From Podarcis bocagei (taxonomy: Eukaryota), in assembly GCA_964188305.1 (NCBI GenBank), contig OZ076885.1: 64,000 nucleotides of DNA, one strand, 5' to 3'. The notes beneath the pieces were generated by a model, which saw nothing but the letters and a program-made list of their open reading frames with translations, did not search any database and was not told the DNA's origin. Both the position numbers and the translations under genes were made by a program. Positions 25,246 to 37,268 of the stretch are shown here, piece by piece (positions within the stretch are counted from its first letter, which is position 1; each line of letters begins with the position of its first letter).

Positions 25246-27381
25246 TACATTTTTTCCAGAACCCCTCCCTTTTCTGTTCCCCTTTCTTATTTATTTAACT
25301 TTCCCTCCGTGCATGTAAAGCTGAATGCATGCAAGTTGCAGACTTACTGTATTCATATTGATCAGCTTGCATGACTATTAAAATGTATCAGTTCATGAAT
25401 CTCCAATGTGAGGATGGGTTCTGGTTTCTTCCAGACCAAGCATACAATGGGCAATCTGCCCAATTTGTTTCCATAAGAGTTGCATGAAGGTTATGCGATG
25501 TTGCCATCAAGGTGTTACTATCCTTTGCTTTTCCACTGTACTGTAGTTTTCTGACGCTTTTCTTACCCCTCAAAAGTTTGATTTTTTTCTTTGCCAGGGC
25601 AGGCAGGAGGGAGTGGATTTGTTGTGCAAGAGGGGTTTTATTTAGCTGTTGCTGCTTGTTGCAGTGTGTCCACTCTCTTCATGGTAGGTTTTGAATGTGC
25701 ACTCTGCTTGCTCAAAGGACGTCTACCTAAGTGTGTGTCATGAGATAAGCTCCAGCCAATCTTCAGATTTGGACCTCAGGATAAACAGATCCTGCAAATC
25801 TTTCTTATCTGCCCCAAGAGCATATGTTTGCGGTAGAAATGAATTTGAAGGAATGCCTGTGCAGGAAAGAAATAATTTCACAACTTGAACAGTTCTGCAG
25901 TCCTATACTGATGTTCCTGTAACAACTGTTACTTTATGTTAGAGACTTCTGTGATTTGCTGGTTTGCTTTTGTAGTGCTCTTCATATGAATAAAAGCAAT
26001 AAAAATGTGTTGGGTTCTTATTTAAACAAAAGCAAAAAGCAGTTTGCAACTATTATATTTTTATTTCACAGGATTTCTATACTGCTTCATTGCAATATAA
26101 CCTCAAAAAGATTTCCAAAAATAAAAATAAAATAATAAAATAATCAGGTTGTGTGTGGTTATTTTTTAAAAAAAAACCCAGTTAGATACAACTACTTTAA
26201 AAACATTCAAAAATAATAAGCTTAAAATTCTGCTAAAAGCCAGATTAAAACACATGTCAACATTACTGGACGCATTGTCTGGCTACAAACGTGTGCTGCG
26301 TTGCTCTGACAGTGCTGGAAGAGAGAGGGGCTTGGGCATTGCTCGGCTCTGGTCTTCTGCATTTTCAATCAGTGACCTTTTCTGGACTTGTTTCCACCCC
26401 CTCTCCGTGTTGCTTTTGTAGGAATTAGGCCTGGCTCCCTTGAGATAGGATCGTGTTCACACCAGCTGTGCCCTTGCTCCGGTGGAATGAGATTAAGGGG
26501 GTGTGAGAGGCTTTCACAGGATCACACTGGGGACCTGTGACACCTGCTCCCACCAGAAGAGAAGGGGATTGCCTAAAGGGCATTGCTATCCCAGTCAAAG
26601 CTGCCCACTGGCTGGCATTCCTAATGTAAAATGTTTCTGACTGCGAGCCGAGAACATGCAAGGACAATGCAATGCAATAGCTGCCTCTTCCAATAGCTTG
26701 GGCAGTGGCTGCTGACTTTGTAGTAGATGTGGTCTGCCCTAAGTGGATATCATTTAGACCCTGGTATCTCTAGGATCTTCCTAACTCTTAAGGAGCTCTA
26801 ACTTCAACCACAACAATAAAAACAGCAGCAGCAGCAGCAGCAATATTAATAATGACGTTTGACCATGGTTTGCTTGTTTATTATTAAATGTTAACTTTAT
26901 TGGGAAGACAAACTGCATAATGCCATCACCTGTCTCCATAGTTATAAGCTTGTCCCATCCAAAATGGTCCAAATGAAATGGGGATTTGATCCCCTATTCC
27001 AGACCATCTTCGGTTCACAAGCGTTTCACTCAGCAATGTACGAGCTGCAAACGTGCTTCATTCGCCCAGGATTATTAATTACTTCTCCACACCCCATTTT
27101 TATGAGAAGTTTTGCTAACCATAAGACTGTTTGAGGAATTATCTTGTACACACTTCCCCTTATTGGAGGAGGGGTGTGGAAGAAAGTGTGGTCTCCTCGG
27201 TTGTGTTGAATGCTAAGCCTTTGCTCTTTTGGTTTGGGCGTAGGATGGGGTGATGGGATTTTGTGCCTTCCAGTTTCCATTTGTGATGGCTGATGAGCTT
27301 TGGTGAGAACGTGCTTCAGTTGCACACCCTTCGTTATGAGGTGATATACTTCAGCTTGTTCCTAATATTATTTTAAATATA

Positions 27382-27579
27382 CAGTCGTACCTTGGAAGTC
27401 AAACGGAATCTGTTCCCAAAGTCCGTTTGACTTCCAAAATGTTCGGAAACCAATGTCCTGCAGCTGATTGGAAGCCGCGCTGGATGTTTGGCTTCTGAAA
27501 ATCGTTCAAAAACCAGAACACTCACTTCCATGTTTTGATCGTTTGGGAGCTGAGGCATTTGAGAGCCAAGGTACCACTG
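27382..27579 (+). mobile_element. Tc1/mariner-type MITE, family B
   Basis: CAGTCGTACCTTGG...CCAAGGTACCACTG, TA flanks; related copy at 36412. Confidence 0.8.
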
Positions 27580-30045
27580 TATCTTACTAATGAGTTAATA
27601 TCCTTGCTTTTACCTGGCGGGGCTGAAGATCTGTTTGTGTCCCTGTAAACAGTGTGCAGAAGGTCTATTGGAAAAGATTCTCCAGCTTCACCATATGCTG
27701 ATATTTGACTTAGGGAGCATAGAGAGGAACCAGGTTTATAAGTGGCAATAAAATAAAATAATAATAATAAAAAATGCACTGCTGAAATTGTATTCTTTAT
27801 GAAGCAATGTATCTCCCAAAGTTTGGCATATTTTCCGCCTCTTCAAGCCAGCTGGGATGAAATGTGTCTGTCTCTGGTACACTTAGAAGCTTTGATATTA
27901 CCTCTTCCTGGCTTGGCATTGTTGTTTGGCTGCATAAGTTTATACTCAGAAAGGCAAGCAGAAATGAGCTGGTGATGTAATGGCTGGTTTGGGTCATGCA
28001 TAGTGTGTGTGTGTGTTTGTGCATGGAGTAGATACCACATTCTTGTTGCAATTGCAGTTGCAGAATAAATAGAGTAGTTTGGGTTGATCTAGGGAACATT
28101 TCTGTCCTTCCTACAACTAGCAGTGGCTTTGTGCTGGCACAGGGATGAGGAACCTGTGGCCCTACAAATGTTGAACAACAGTCAATGGCCAGGAATGATG
28201 GGAGTTGTAGTCCAGCGGTATCTCGCAGGCCTCAGGTTCCCCACCCCTGGACTACAGCAGGGCTGGAGTGAGTTGAGAGTCCAACAACATCTGGAGGGAC
28301 ACATGTTTTCCATTCCTGGGCTGTCAGAACGCACTTTCACTGCAGAAGGTTAGGCAGGACACCCAGTTGAAATCACTGCCACCCTTTCAGTAATATGTAG
28401 TGCCTTTCTTGGCCAGGGCTATACATCTTTTGTGCTTCTGCAACATCTTCATTTCATGGCTTGCCTGCTGTTCCCCTTCCAGCAGCCTGCTCAGCTTTTT
28501 CTAGCAACTGGAGTCTTGTCTAGCAGGAAGAGTCCATCTGCACGGAGAGGTTGGTGCCCCTGAGTCAAAGCCAACAAGATGCCATCACCTTTGACCACTG
28601 GCCAAGCTGGGTGGGACTGATGGGAGTTGTTGTACAGCAACTTCAGGAAGTCATCACCTTGGCTTTCCCTGCCCACTGACCAGTTCAGGTTTTTTGATGC
28701 CAAGGGGCTACTGCCAGGGCTTCTGTGCACGTCCAACAGATTCATCAGATCAAGCCTTTCTGAGCATGGAGGATGTAATGATGGAAGAGCCTTCCTCTAC
28801 TGTAGCCTTTGCCTTCCAGATTGTTTGATCAACAACTGATAGCATCCTGGCCATTGACCACACAGGTTGGGTCTGATGTGGGTTGTATTTCAAAACATGG
28901 AAGGCACCAGGTCGAGTCTACTGCACCTCTCACTGTAATGCGGTTAGTAAAAGTACCCCCCCCCCAAAAAAAAGTGTGAGGGGAGAAAATGTTGCAAACC
29001 TTTTGATACCTGGGACTGGCTCACTCACAACCACCTCCTTCATTGGCCCCCCTGCATTGTAGTTGCTGTTTACCACTCCCCCCACTAACAGCAGCTCTGA
29101 AGCACAGTAAGCCCTATGATGGATCAATAGGCCTCCCTTCCAATGGGCAAACCTGCTTTTGAAGCCTCATACTGCCTGCATGCCCATTATTTATACTAGA
29201 TAGTAAAGTGTGCATTCCCCTTCTTGAAATCATGGTGTGGAATTAACTAGTTATTGCCTGGTCCTGCACCATGCTTTATAATTTGGCAGCACTGTGCTAA
29301 AAAGAGGATTTTCCAGTCACTAAAGGTAAGAGATAATGTAGTTCCTTGTGACACTTAAGAACCACCTAAGTGAAATAAGCATTATATTCCTCAGTGCATG
29401 TGTAGGGTAATTGCAAGTTATCTAAACACTCCCCCTGCCCCTTGCCCAGGCCTGCATCTTTTCCTAAGACTGTGCTACTAGAGCCAGCTCTGGCACTCTG
29501 CTGCCTCCTAGGGAAATTCACAAGAAGTACATAAATATAAAGGTAGCTGTTTTGGTCCATAAACACAATCCAAAATCCACAGCTGGACAGTTCCTTTTTG
29601 GGGGACCAACCCAAAGCCAGAAAATCATGGCAGGTTTTGAGGTCTCTAGAACTCTTAATCAGGAAAGATGTTACACAAATCGGGGTGGGATTGGGGTGGG
29701 GGAGTAAAGATAAAGATGCCAAAATTAGGCTGGATGTTTTAGCCTATAGCCATGAGGTCTGCTCTGTTGATTCCGTTCTAAGATTGGGATCGCAGGCTGA
29801 ATAAAATTCTGTAACTGACATAGAGTTTCATAGCAGAGTAAGGCAAGAAGTTGTTGCGGGCAAATCTTCATGGCCTGTTCTGCCTTTAAAGCCAGCTGTT
29901 GGAGAGAGCTGTTTCCTATTCATGCTGCATCCCGCAGATGTAAGAGCAGACACCTGGATATCAGAGCACCTTTGCTGCTATCAGTTTTCTGCCTTCTTCT
30001 CCTGATATGAGAAGAATACATGCATAGTCAGCAAGCCTTGTAGCT

Positions 30046-30172
30046 GTATCAGACGAAGTGCACTCTGGTTCACAAAAGCATGTGCCATAATAAATTTGCC
30101 AGCCTTTAAGATGTGGGGTAAGCACAAAGCTCTTTGCTGTTTATGCTGCAACAGACAGTGACCCCTCTGGAA
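30046..30172 (+). mobile_element. Degenerate PLE terminal-repeat fragment
   Basis: Similar to the right arm of 23998-24190 (CTCTTTGCTGTTT...CCCCTCTGGAA); hammerhead core mutated (CAGACGA...AAAA). Confidence 0.6.
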
Positions 30173-31328
30173 ACCATACTTAAAAGTTACCCAAGAATGG
30201 GGCAAAGAAGCAAAATGGTTTTTAAAAATAAAAATGAAGGGCTGAAAAAGGATCCTGGTTCTCAAGCAGGCATCCAGTGTTTATGCTAGAAAAACAGGGA
30301 TCCTTACCACAACTTTTATGATGCCCACCTAAAAAGACTAAGGTGAAGAAACTCAGGCCCAGGAGTCTAACACAGACCTTCAAGCTCTTGGAACTTTCCC
30401 CAGGCCACCCTGCTCACCCCTCCCCTCTACTATGCCCCCCCCCATGTGCTTTTGCCTGGCTGGCATGTGTCTTTGAACTGTGGCAAAACCTCTTGCTTGC
30501 ATGGATGCAGGATGGGGAGCTGTGCCCGGGGTGTGTGTTGAGCCCTCTAACATTTGTGCAGCTGGGATAAAGCCCACTGTAGAAAGATGAATCACATCCC
30601 TTACTTTGCCCATGTTTGCTTCTTGTCCAAGCCTACCGCTGGCACATGCACGTACACACACACATACCCCAGATGGTTGCATGTGAAGTAATGTGTCCCT
30701 TGGGTTGGAAAGGTTTCCCCACCCCTGCTATAAGCACTAATCAACGCAAGACCCTGCACTGTCCCGGGACGGTGTCTCTGCCAAAGAACACACTCTGTGC
30801 ATATTTTGCCAGAGAGCCTGCTCTGCTGGTTCTTCCTGGCTAAGGCCCCTGCCTTCCCCCTTGTTTCTCCAAGAAGGTAACAAATCCTCATTCCACAGTG
30901 CCTCTGCTGTGCTAGGATGTTGATTCTCACACAGAGAGAGTAGTTCCTCTTCTTTTTAGAACTCCAGGCATCTGATCACTTCCCTGTTACCAACCGCCAG
31001 GGGAACATTTATTCATTTGCATGTCTGCTTTCTAAACCTGAACATTTACCCCTCTCCAGGTGACTCTTTGTTAAGCGCTAGGCAAAAGGAAGATGATGTG
31101 TGGTCCAAGGCAGCAGGGAGGTGGGGGGTCAGTGGAAGTGAAATGAGAAAAGGACCAGGTGCGTGTTGTGGATAAAATATTCCAGTTTAGGAAATTTCTG
31201 TAAGATTTTGAAGATATCTTCATCAGCCAAGAAGATAGGCAATCCCCCCCAGATTTCTCAGTTTTGGGGGTTACAGACTGAGAAGCCCCATATAATTTCA
31301 GTATATTATTATCCATTCTCCCTCCCAG

Positions 31329-31695
31329 TGGGTGGCGCTGTGGTCTAAACCACTGAGCCTCTTGGGCTTGCCAATCGGAAGGTCAGTGGTTCAATGGGGT
31401 GAGCTCCTGTCGCTCTGTTCCAGCTCCTGCCAACCTAGCAGTTTGAAAGCACATCAGTTCAAGTAGTTAAATAAGTACCGCTGCAGCGGGAAGGTAAATG
31501 GCATTTCCATGTGCTCTGGTACTTATCACGATGTCCCATTGTGCCAGAAGCAGTTTAGTCATGCTGGCCACATGACCCGGGAAGCTGTCTGTGGACAAAG
31601 GCCAGTTCCCTCAGCCTGAAGCGAGATGAGCGCTGCACCCCATAGTCGCCTTTGACTGCATTTAACTGTCCAGGGCTGCTTTGCCTTTTTTTTTT
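31329..31695 (+). mobile_element. Sauria SINE
   Basis: GGTGGCGCTGTGGTCTAAACCAC head and the same core as 21790. Confidence 0.88.
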
Positions 31696-32117
31696 TAATA
31701 CATCCATTCTGACCAGGGAAAGCAGACCTTGGCAACAGGGTCACAAGGTAAAGAAAAGAAGTAAGTTTCTGTGTGGCACTGCTGCCTTAGGAGTACATTT
31801 TTGCGAGTTTGGCTTGTTCCACCGGGATGAGGAAAAGCTCACTTTTAATGCTAAAGGAGCATTGTCTTCCTTGGCACCCAGTCCTTTGACCCTGTTAGTT
31901 CTGGCACAGGAATCTCCCTTTTTACGAGTACTCCCTTGCCAGCGTGGCTGGCTTATGCCAACTGCACGTTTTGCCCCACTGATTACAGCTGAAGTTGTAA
32001 GGACTGAGTTCCCCTGTTGCAGTGCTGAAAGCGTGTCCCAACATGCTGTGTCCATGGCAAAGGGTGTTTATTTGTCCCTCTGTGCAGTGAGACATAACCT
32101 GGTTCTTCTTTCTGCAG

Positions 32118-32139
32118 GTGACTGCTGTTCCTGGAGGTG
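32118..32139 (+). CDS. Candidate 22-nt micro-exon upstream of the uncharacterised gene
   Basis: ttcttctttctgcag acceptor and GTG|GTAAGT donor; open in frame with the 32649 exon (xDCCSWRW-LLMASM). Confidence 0.5.
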
Positions 32140-32655
32140 GTAAGTTCCCAACTGCAGAGAGTGTTGGGGGCCATGGAAGAAGTTTGAGATAAGGGGGACT
32201 GGGTGTACTTTTCATACAGAGGGGGAGGGGTGGGGAAATGGCACCTCTTTGGACCACAGACACCTTTGTGTCTCAATACTTACTCTGGTTGCATTATCAC
32301 TCTGACATGAGGGTTATAGCTAACAGTGGAGAACAAGAGAAACAGAAGTACTGAATTTTGGTGGTCGAGGGCCCACCGTATCAGATGCTTGAGGTGTTAT
32401 CCTCAGTTGGTATTAAGTGGGTCTACACAAAGGTATAAAGAGATTTTGTAAATAGTCAATTGTCACAGGCTGCAATTTTTTGCATTTCATTGCCGTTTGA
32501 CTCCACTGTGTACACACCTCTTTATTTTGAGGGTTGCCTTGTTCTGCTCACAATCCTGTGTCTTTAACAACTGCAGTGACAGGGAAAGCTTTGCCTGCTG
32601 AGTTGCTTTTCACAACTTACCTAACCTTTCCCCATTCTACTTTCTCAGGCTGCTG

Positions 32656-33852
32656 ATGGCATCAATGGAAGCCCTGTATGCTGCTCTGCAAGATCAGATC
32701 CAGTCCTTTGAGGGACACATAAGAAGGTGCCAGCAAGCTTTTGAAATTGACACCCTTTACAATGTGTTGCTGCTGCTGTCCCCTGATGCAGATATCCAGA
32801 GCCTTGAGCAGCTGGAAAAGCTTGTTGAGTCCAGGGAGCAGGATGGACAGGATAGAGTGAGGATCACAGCTGGCTGTGATAAGTGTGACATTGCCAGCTA
32901 CATCTCCTGGTTTGTCACCTATGTGCGGTACCTGGGCTCCTTGAAAGGGTCATTTGACACCAAGGTTGTGTTTCCATTGTGTGAAAACCTGTACGTTAAT
33001 GATGACTCGCTTGATGCATTGACCTTTGGACACAGGAGAGGACATGGCCTTCGTGCCCCAGCATCCGTTGCACGCACAGCCAAGCAGTTGTTCTCTGTCA
33101 GGAGGAAATGGGCTTTGCTCCTGAAAGGGGGCACAATTGATGCACAGTTTTTCAGCCCCCAAAGCTGGCTTGATGTGCAGGGCTTTGGCAGCCCCTGTCC
33201 CTTTGGGAAGGTCTTGAGGTTGGTTCCTGACCTCTTTCACAAGGGCTTGGCTACTGCCCAGCTTGCCAGGCTGTGGGTGGAGCGCCACGCCAGCAACCAT
33301 GGCACCCGCCCAGTGCCCTCAGATCTAGGCTCAACCAAGGGAGGCAAAGGACTGGCTGCGGACAGCTTGGAGCACCGTGGATACAACAGTTCCCTTCGCC
33401 AGCCTGGGCTACCCCAAGCCCAACATGATTGCTTGGAGGTTTGGCCGCCGCCGCAAGCCACCAGCAGCAGGTGCAGCAATGAGAGGGGCAGTTCCATGAG
33501 AAGTGCCAGCCAGGGAAGGAACGAGCTGCACGAGATCCATGGGGAACTCATGTCCCTGCTGTGGCGGGAGGAACGTTCTCTGAGCTTGGAAGCAGAGATT
33601 CAGGAAGTAAACCAGAGCATTTCCAACCTGCGGCATCACCGAGTGGCTAAGGAAAAGGAACTGGAAGCCCTTGAGCAGCAACTGGAGAAAGACCATTTGA
33701 GTGTGCCCTGCCCACAGCGCCAGGCTGTTCTCTGTGAGCTGGATGCCTTGGGGAGGCAGCTGAGGCTGGAAGAATACCGCAAGAGCATTCTGCAAGGTGA
33801 CTGGCTGCTAGAGTTGGAGGTCAGGCCAGTCCTTATGCGACCAATAAATACA
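32656..33852 (+). CDS. Uncharacterised protein, main coding exon (helical N-terminal region, low-complexity linker, coiled coil)
   Basis: 399 uninterrupted codons with no resemblance to transposon proteins. Polypyrimidine tract and tttctcag acceptor at 32648, donor ACA|GTAAGA at 33852, heptad-like E/L/Q/R-rich C-terminus. Confidence 0.85.
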
Positions 33853-34103
33853 GTAAGAAGCTAGGAAGTTAACCGACTGTGGGACCCAAAGGTGGGCAGT
33901 ATGCTGCCAGCCCAGGAACAGAGCGGGCTAGATCCCTTGCAGCTGGAAGGTGGGGGGCCTGTGGCTGGAACTGGGTCTCGGGTGGAACCAAAGGGTGATG
34001 AACGCAGGGATTCAAAAGGGAGAATAGCAATCTTGGGACAAAGGATGGAAAAATTCAGTCCCCTTTGAGAGATGAAATGTGTGTCTTTTTATCTTTCTTC
34101 CAG

Positions 34104-34190
34104 CTGCAGGAACGCTTCCAGGGGCTTGCACAGCTATTGCAGGGTAGGGAAGAGGCTCCCCTGGATCTTCAGCTCGCCAATGAAACATAG
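34104..34190 (+). CDS. Uncharacterised protein, last coding exon (LQERFQGLAQLLQGREEAPLDLQLANET*)
   Basis: Strong acceptor tctttcttccag at 34103. Phase 0 matches the donor at 33852 and the coiled-coil pattern continues. Confidence 0.72.
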   Translation: MQERFQGLAQLLQGREEAPLDLQLANET

Positions 34191-34828
34191 ACTCTCCCTT
34201 CTGCTTGGTTGCCTGCCTCTCAGATGAAGGTCAACTTGCTTCTGGGTGCATCACTTAATATATACCACCTCAAGCCTAGCTTCCGTTAGGTTGATCGCTG
34301 CAATGTATTTGACTTTGGGCTGCCATTCATGACTATCCAGAAGCTCCATTCAGTGTGAGACACAGTGATCCATCTCCTGTCACAGGGAGCATTTTAAACC
34401 ACTGTTCCAGTATTGGTAACGGCTTTCTGTGATCCTCTGGGCGCAATTTGGGGTGTTCGTTTTAACCTGTAAAGTTCTAAATGACTTGGGGCTAACATAC
34501 CTAAAGGTTGCACAACAATTATGAAACTCTGTCTTATGGTAAAGTCAGTGAAACCAAAGCTTGAACAGTTATTTGGAAACATTGTGAAGCCTTTTTGAAT
34601 GAGGTAGCTTGGGGAGGCATGATTTAAGCTGGTAGAGCAAGGGTGGGAAATCTGCAGCCCTCCTGAAGACTCCAACACCCATCATTACTAACCATTGGGT
34701 ATGGGAGTCAGAGTTGGGAATCCAACAACATGTGGTAGAGAGTTTGGATTGTTAACTTTTTTTTTTACACTTAGTGTAAACTTAGTGTTCTAGTTTGGGA
34801 TGGGGTAGGTTATATATATTGATTGCTA

Positions 34829-34834
34829 AATAAA
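34829..34834 (+). terminator. Candidate poly(A) signal of the uncharacterised gene
   Basis: AATAAA followed by GU-rich TGGTGTCTCTCTTGTTGGTG. Confidence 0.5.
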
Positions 34835-35758
34835 ACAATTTGGCATGGTGTCTCTCTTGTTGGTGAAAACTGTTCAGGGAGATCCGTTGTTGTCCCTGGA
34901 ATGTCCATACCCTGCAAAGAACACCCTTCCCAAACCCATCCTCTAGTCTAGCATCTAGTAGCAGCGGCTTTAATTTCAGTTCTAGTAATAGCGACAGTTG
35001 TGCAAGGTAGGATGCAAGTGAGAATTGCTAGCTTCTGTAGGGGTTTGGATAGTTCTTGCTTGCACAGCACAGGACCTTGTTGCACTATAGTGTAGTAGGG
35101 GAACTGTGGTTCATTCAGCTGCGGTCACCAACCTTTTTTTACTGAGATGCTGGTTTTAACACACACACACACGTACACACACTGTTAGTAGCTAGACATG
35201 GAGTATTCCTTGTTCACTTGTTTGGGTTTCCATACGCTCGGCGCATGCAGCTGTTTTTAAAGCAGAACTGGAACTTGGTGACAAGTCAGTATTTCCCCAG
35301 GGACAGAGTATCAGCCACCAAGAAGTTTTCCGATAAAGTAAAGGGAAGCAAAACAGGAACCAGAATCTGGGTGGGGAAGCTGACCAAATTCCAAATGAGA
35401 ACCAGTCTGTGGTGGTGATGAAATCAATCATGACTTGAAGTCATGATAGTCAGTGGACTGCATGATGGGGGGAAACAGGGACACATGTTGCTGATGGAGT
35501 TCAGCCACCGCAGGCTACTCAAGTTTGTGACCTGGGGTGCTCCTGCAGCTACTGCTGCATCTTGAACTCTAAGAGTGTGGTGGAGGCCAGAAGTGCTTTT
35601 TACTACCCTGAGAAGGCTACCGCCCTTTCTGTTGCAATTAGACCTTGCCATTACTCTTCAATAAATGAAAGTTCTGATGTGCAGTAGCTGAGAATTTGAC
35701 CAGAGAAAACCCTGGTTCAAATCCCACCCAAATAACAGTATGTAGCTTCAGGCAAGTC

Positions 35759-35888
35759 CAGGGATGGGGAACAAGTGGCTGGCTCTCCAGATGTTGTTGG
35801 ACTCCAACTCTCATTAACCCCAGCCAACGTGGCCAGTGGTTAAGGATGGTGGAAGTTGTAGTTGTAGAAGGCCACAGGTTCCTCATTA
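35759..35888. mobile_element. Short hAT-like non-autonomous element; relatives near 11450, 18050, 28140, 34640 and 43690
   Basis: CAGGGATGGGGAAC...CTCCAGATGTTGTTGGACTCCAACTC...GGCCACAGGTTCCTCA motif recurs across the window. Confidence 0.6.
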
Positions 35889-35958
35889 GTGCTCTGGAGA
35901 GCCACAGCTTCCCTACAGCTTCCAGTCTATACTATGGAGGTGGTATTATTGACCTCAT

Positions 35959-36295
35959 AAGGTAAAGGTAAAAGTACCCCTGACCATTAGGTCCAGTCGC
36001 GGACGACTCTGGGGTTGTGCGCTCATCTCGCTCTATAGGCCGGGGGAGACGGCGTTTGTCCGCAGACAGCTTCCGCGTCATGTGGCCAGCATGACTAAGC
36101 CGCTTCTGGTGAATCAGAGCAACGCACAGAAACACCGTTTACGTTCCCGCTGGAGCGGTACCTGTTTATCTACTTGCAGTTGATGTGCTTTCGAACTGCT
36201 AGGTGGGCAGGAGCAGGGACTGAACACTGGGAGCTCACCCCATCGCAGGGAATCAGCAAGCCCTAGGCTCTGTAGTTTAGACCACAACGCCACCC
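35959..36295 (-). mobile_element. Sauria SINE
   Basis: AAGGTAAAGGTA tail on the plus strand; approximately 12-bp target duplication TATTGAC(C/A)TC(A/T)T. Confidence 0.9.
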
Positions 36296-36558
36296 TATTG
36301 ACATCTTACAAGGCTGTTAAAAGGCATAACAATGTAATGTATGGGAAAGGCTTTGATCACTTGAAAAGCACTATATACATGCAAAATGCTGTTGTAACTT
36401 CAAAACAAATACAGTCGTACCTTGGAAGTTGAATAGAATCCATTCTAGAAGTCCATTTGACTTCTGAAACATTTGACTTCCAAAGCATGGCTTTGGAAAA
36501 CTGGGACACTCACTTCCAGTTTTCGATTGTTCGGGAGCTGGAACGTTTGACTCCCAAG

Positions 36559-36649
36559 TGTATCTGAAGAAGTGTGCATGCACACGAAAGCTCATACCAA
36601 GAACTAACTTAGTTGGTCTTTAAGGTGCTACTGGAAGGAATTTTTTTAT
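36559..36649 (+). mobile_element. Penelope-like element (PLE) terminal-repeat fragment
   Basis: CTGAAGAAGTGTGCATGCACACGAAAGCTCATAC...TTAGTTGGTCTTTAAGGTGCTAC, flanked by a 13-bp duplication TTTGACTCC(C/G)AAG. Confidence 0.75.
36560..36597 (+). ncRNA. Minimal type-I hammerhead ribozyme motif
   Basis: Stem I GUAU/AUAC, core CUGAAGA plus an extra A, stem II GUGUG/CACAC, GAAA, palindromic AGCU helix III, UC cleavage site. Confidence 0.65.
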
Positions 36650-37268
36650 TTTGACTCCGAAGGTGTTCGGGAGCCGAGGTAAAACTGTATGTTATTAAAT
36701 TTGCCCTTGATGATAGCCTGAGAGCTGTTTGACCAGCCTCTGCCACCAAGGGCATCTGAGAAAGCCCTGATTTTCACCAAAATTCATTCCTTCTGAGAAG
36801 GGATAAGAGAAGGGCCATTCCTAGCACAGCCCAGGTGTTTGCAGGGAAATTGCCTACAGAATGTTATTCCTGCAGGCATTCATGAAGGCTGTGAAAAACT
36901 ACTTGTTTAGAGTGGAACTGCACTTTACAACCATATTTAACAAAGCTAGGGTGGCTACTTCTGTTGGGGAAAAGCGGCTTTGAGAAAGGATGATTTGGAG
37001 TGGAGAAGCAGTTCAGGAGGGGCTCTTTACCCTTCCCTTGCCTACTTCTTTTCTGCTGGACCTCCTGCCTTCACGCTGCTCCACAAACGCACTTGCAGGG
37101 TTCCAGATGTGTGCTTCCCCTCTCTTTCCTGACAAGCAGCCTATACAATGTAAAGGGGGGAAATCCAGCTTTAAATGTGCAATTTAAGTGGAGGGATGAT
37201 TTGATGTTAGTTTTTGCCTCAATATCATGAGCTTGATAGTGAGACCTTGAAGAGACACTGTCAGCCAG

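Larger units (their letters stand above)
36412..36687 (+). mobile_element. Tc1/mariner-type MITE, family B, interrupted by a Penelope-type insert
   Basis: Same termini as 27382-27579; 91-bp insertion at 36559-36649. Confidence 0.78.
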
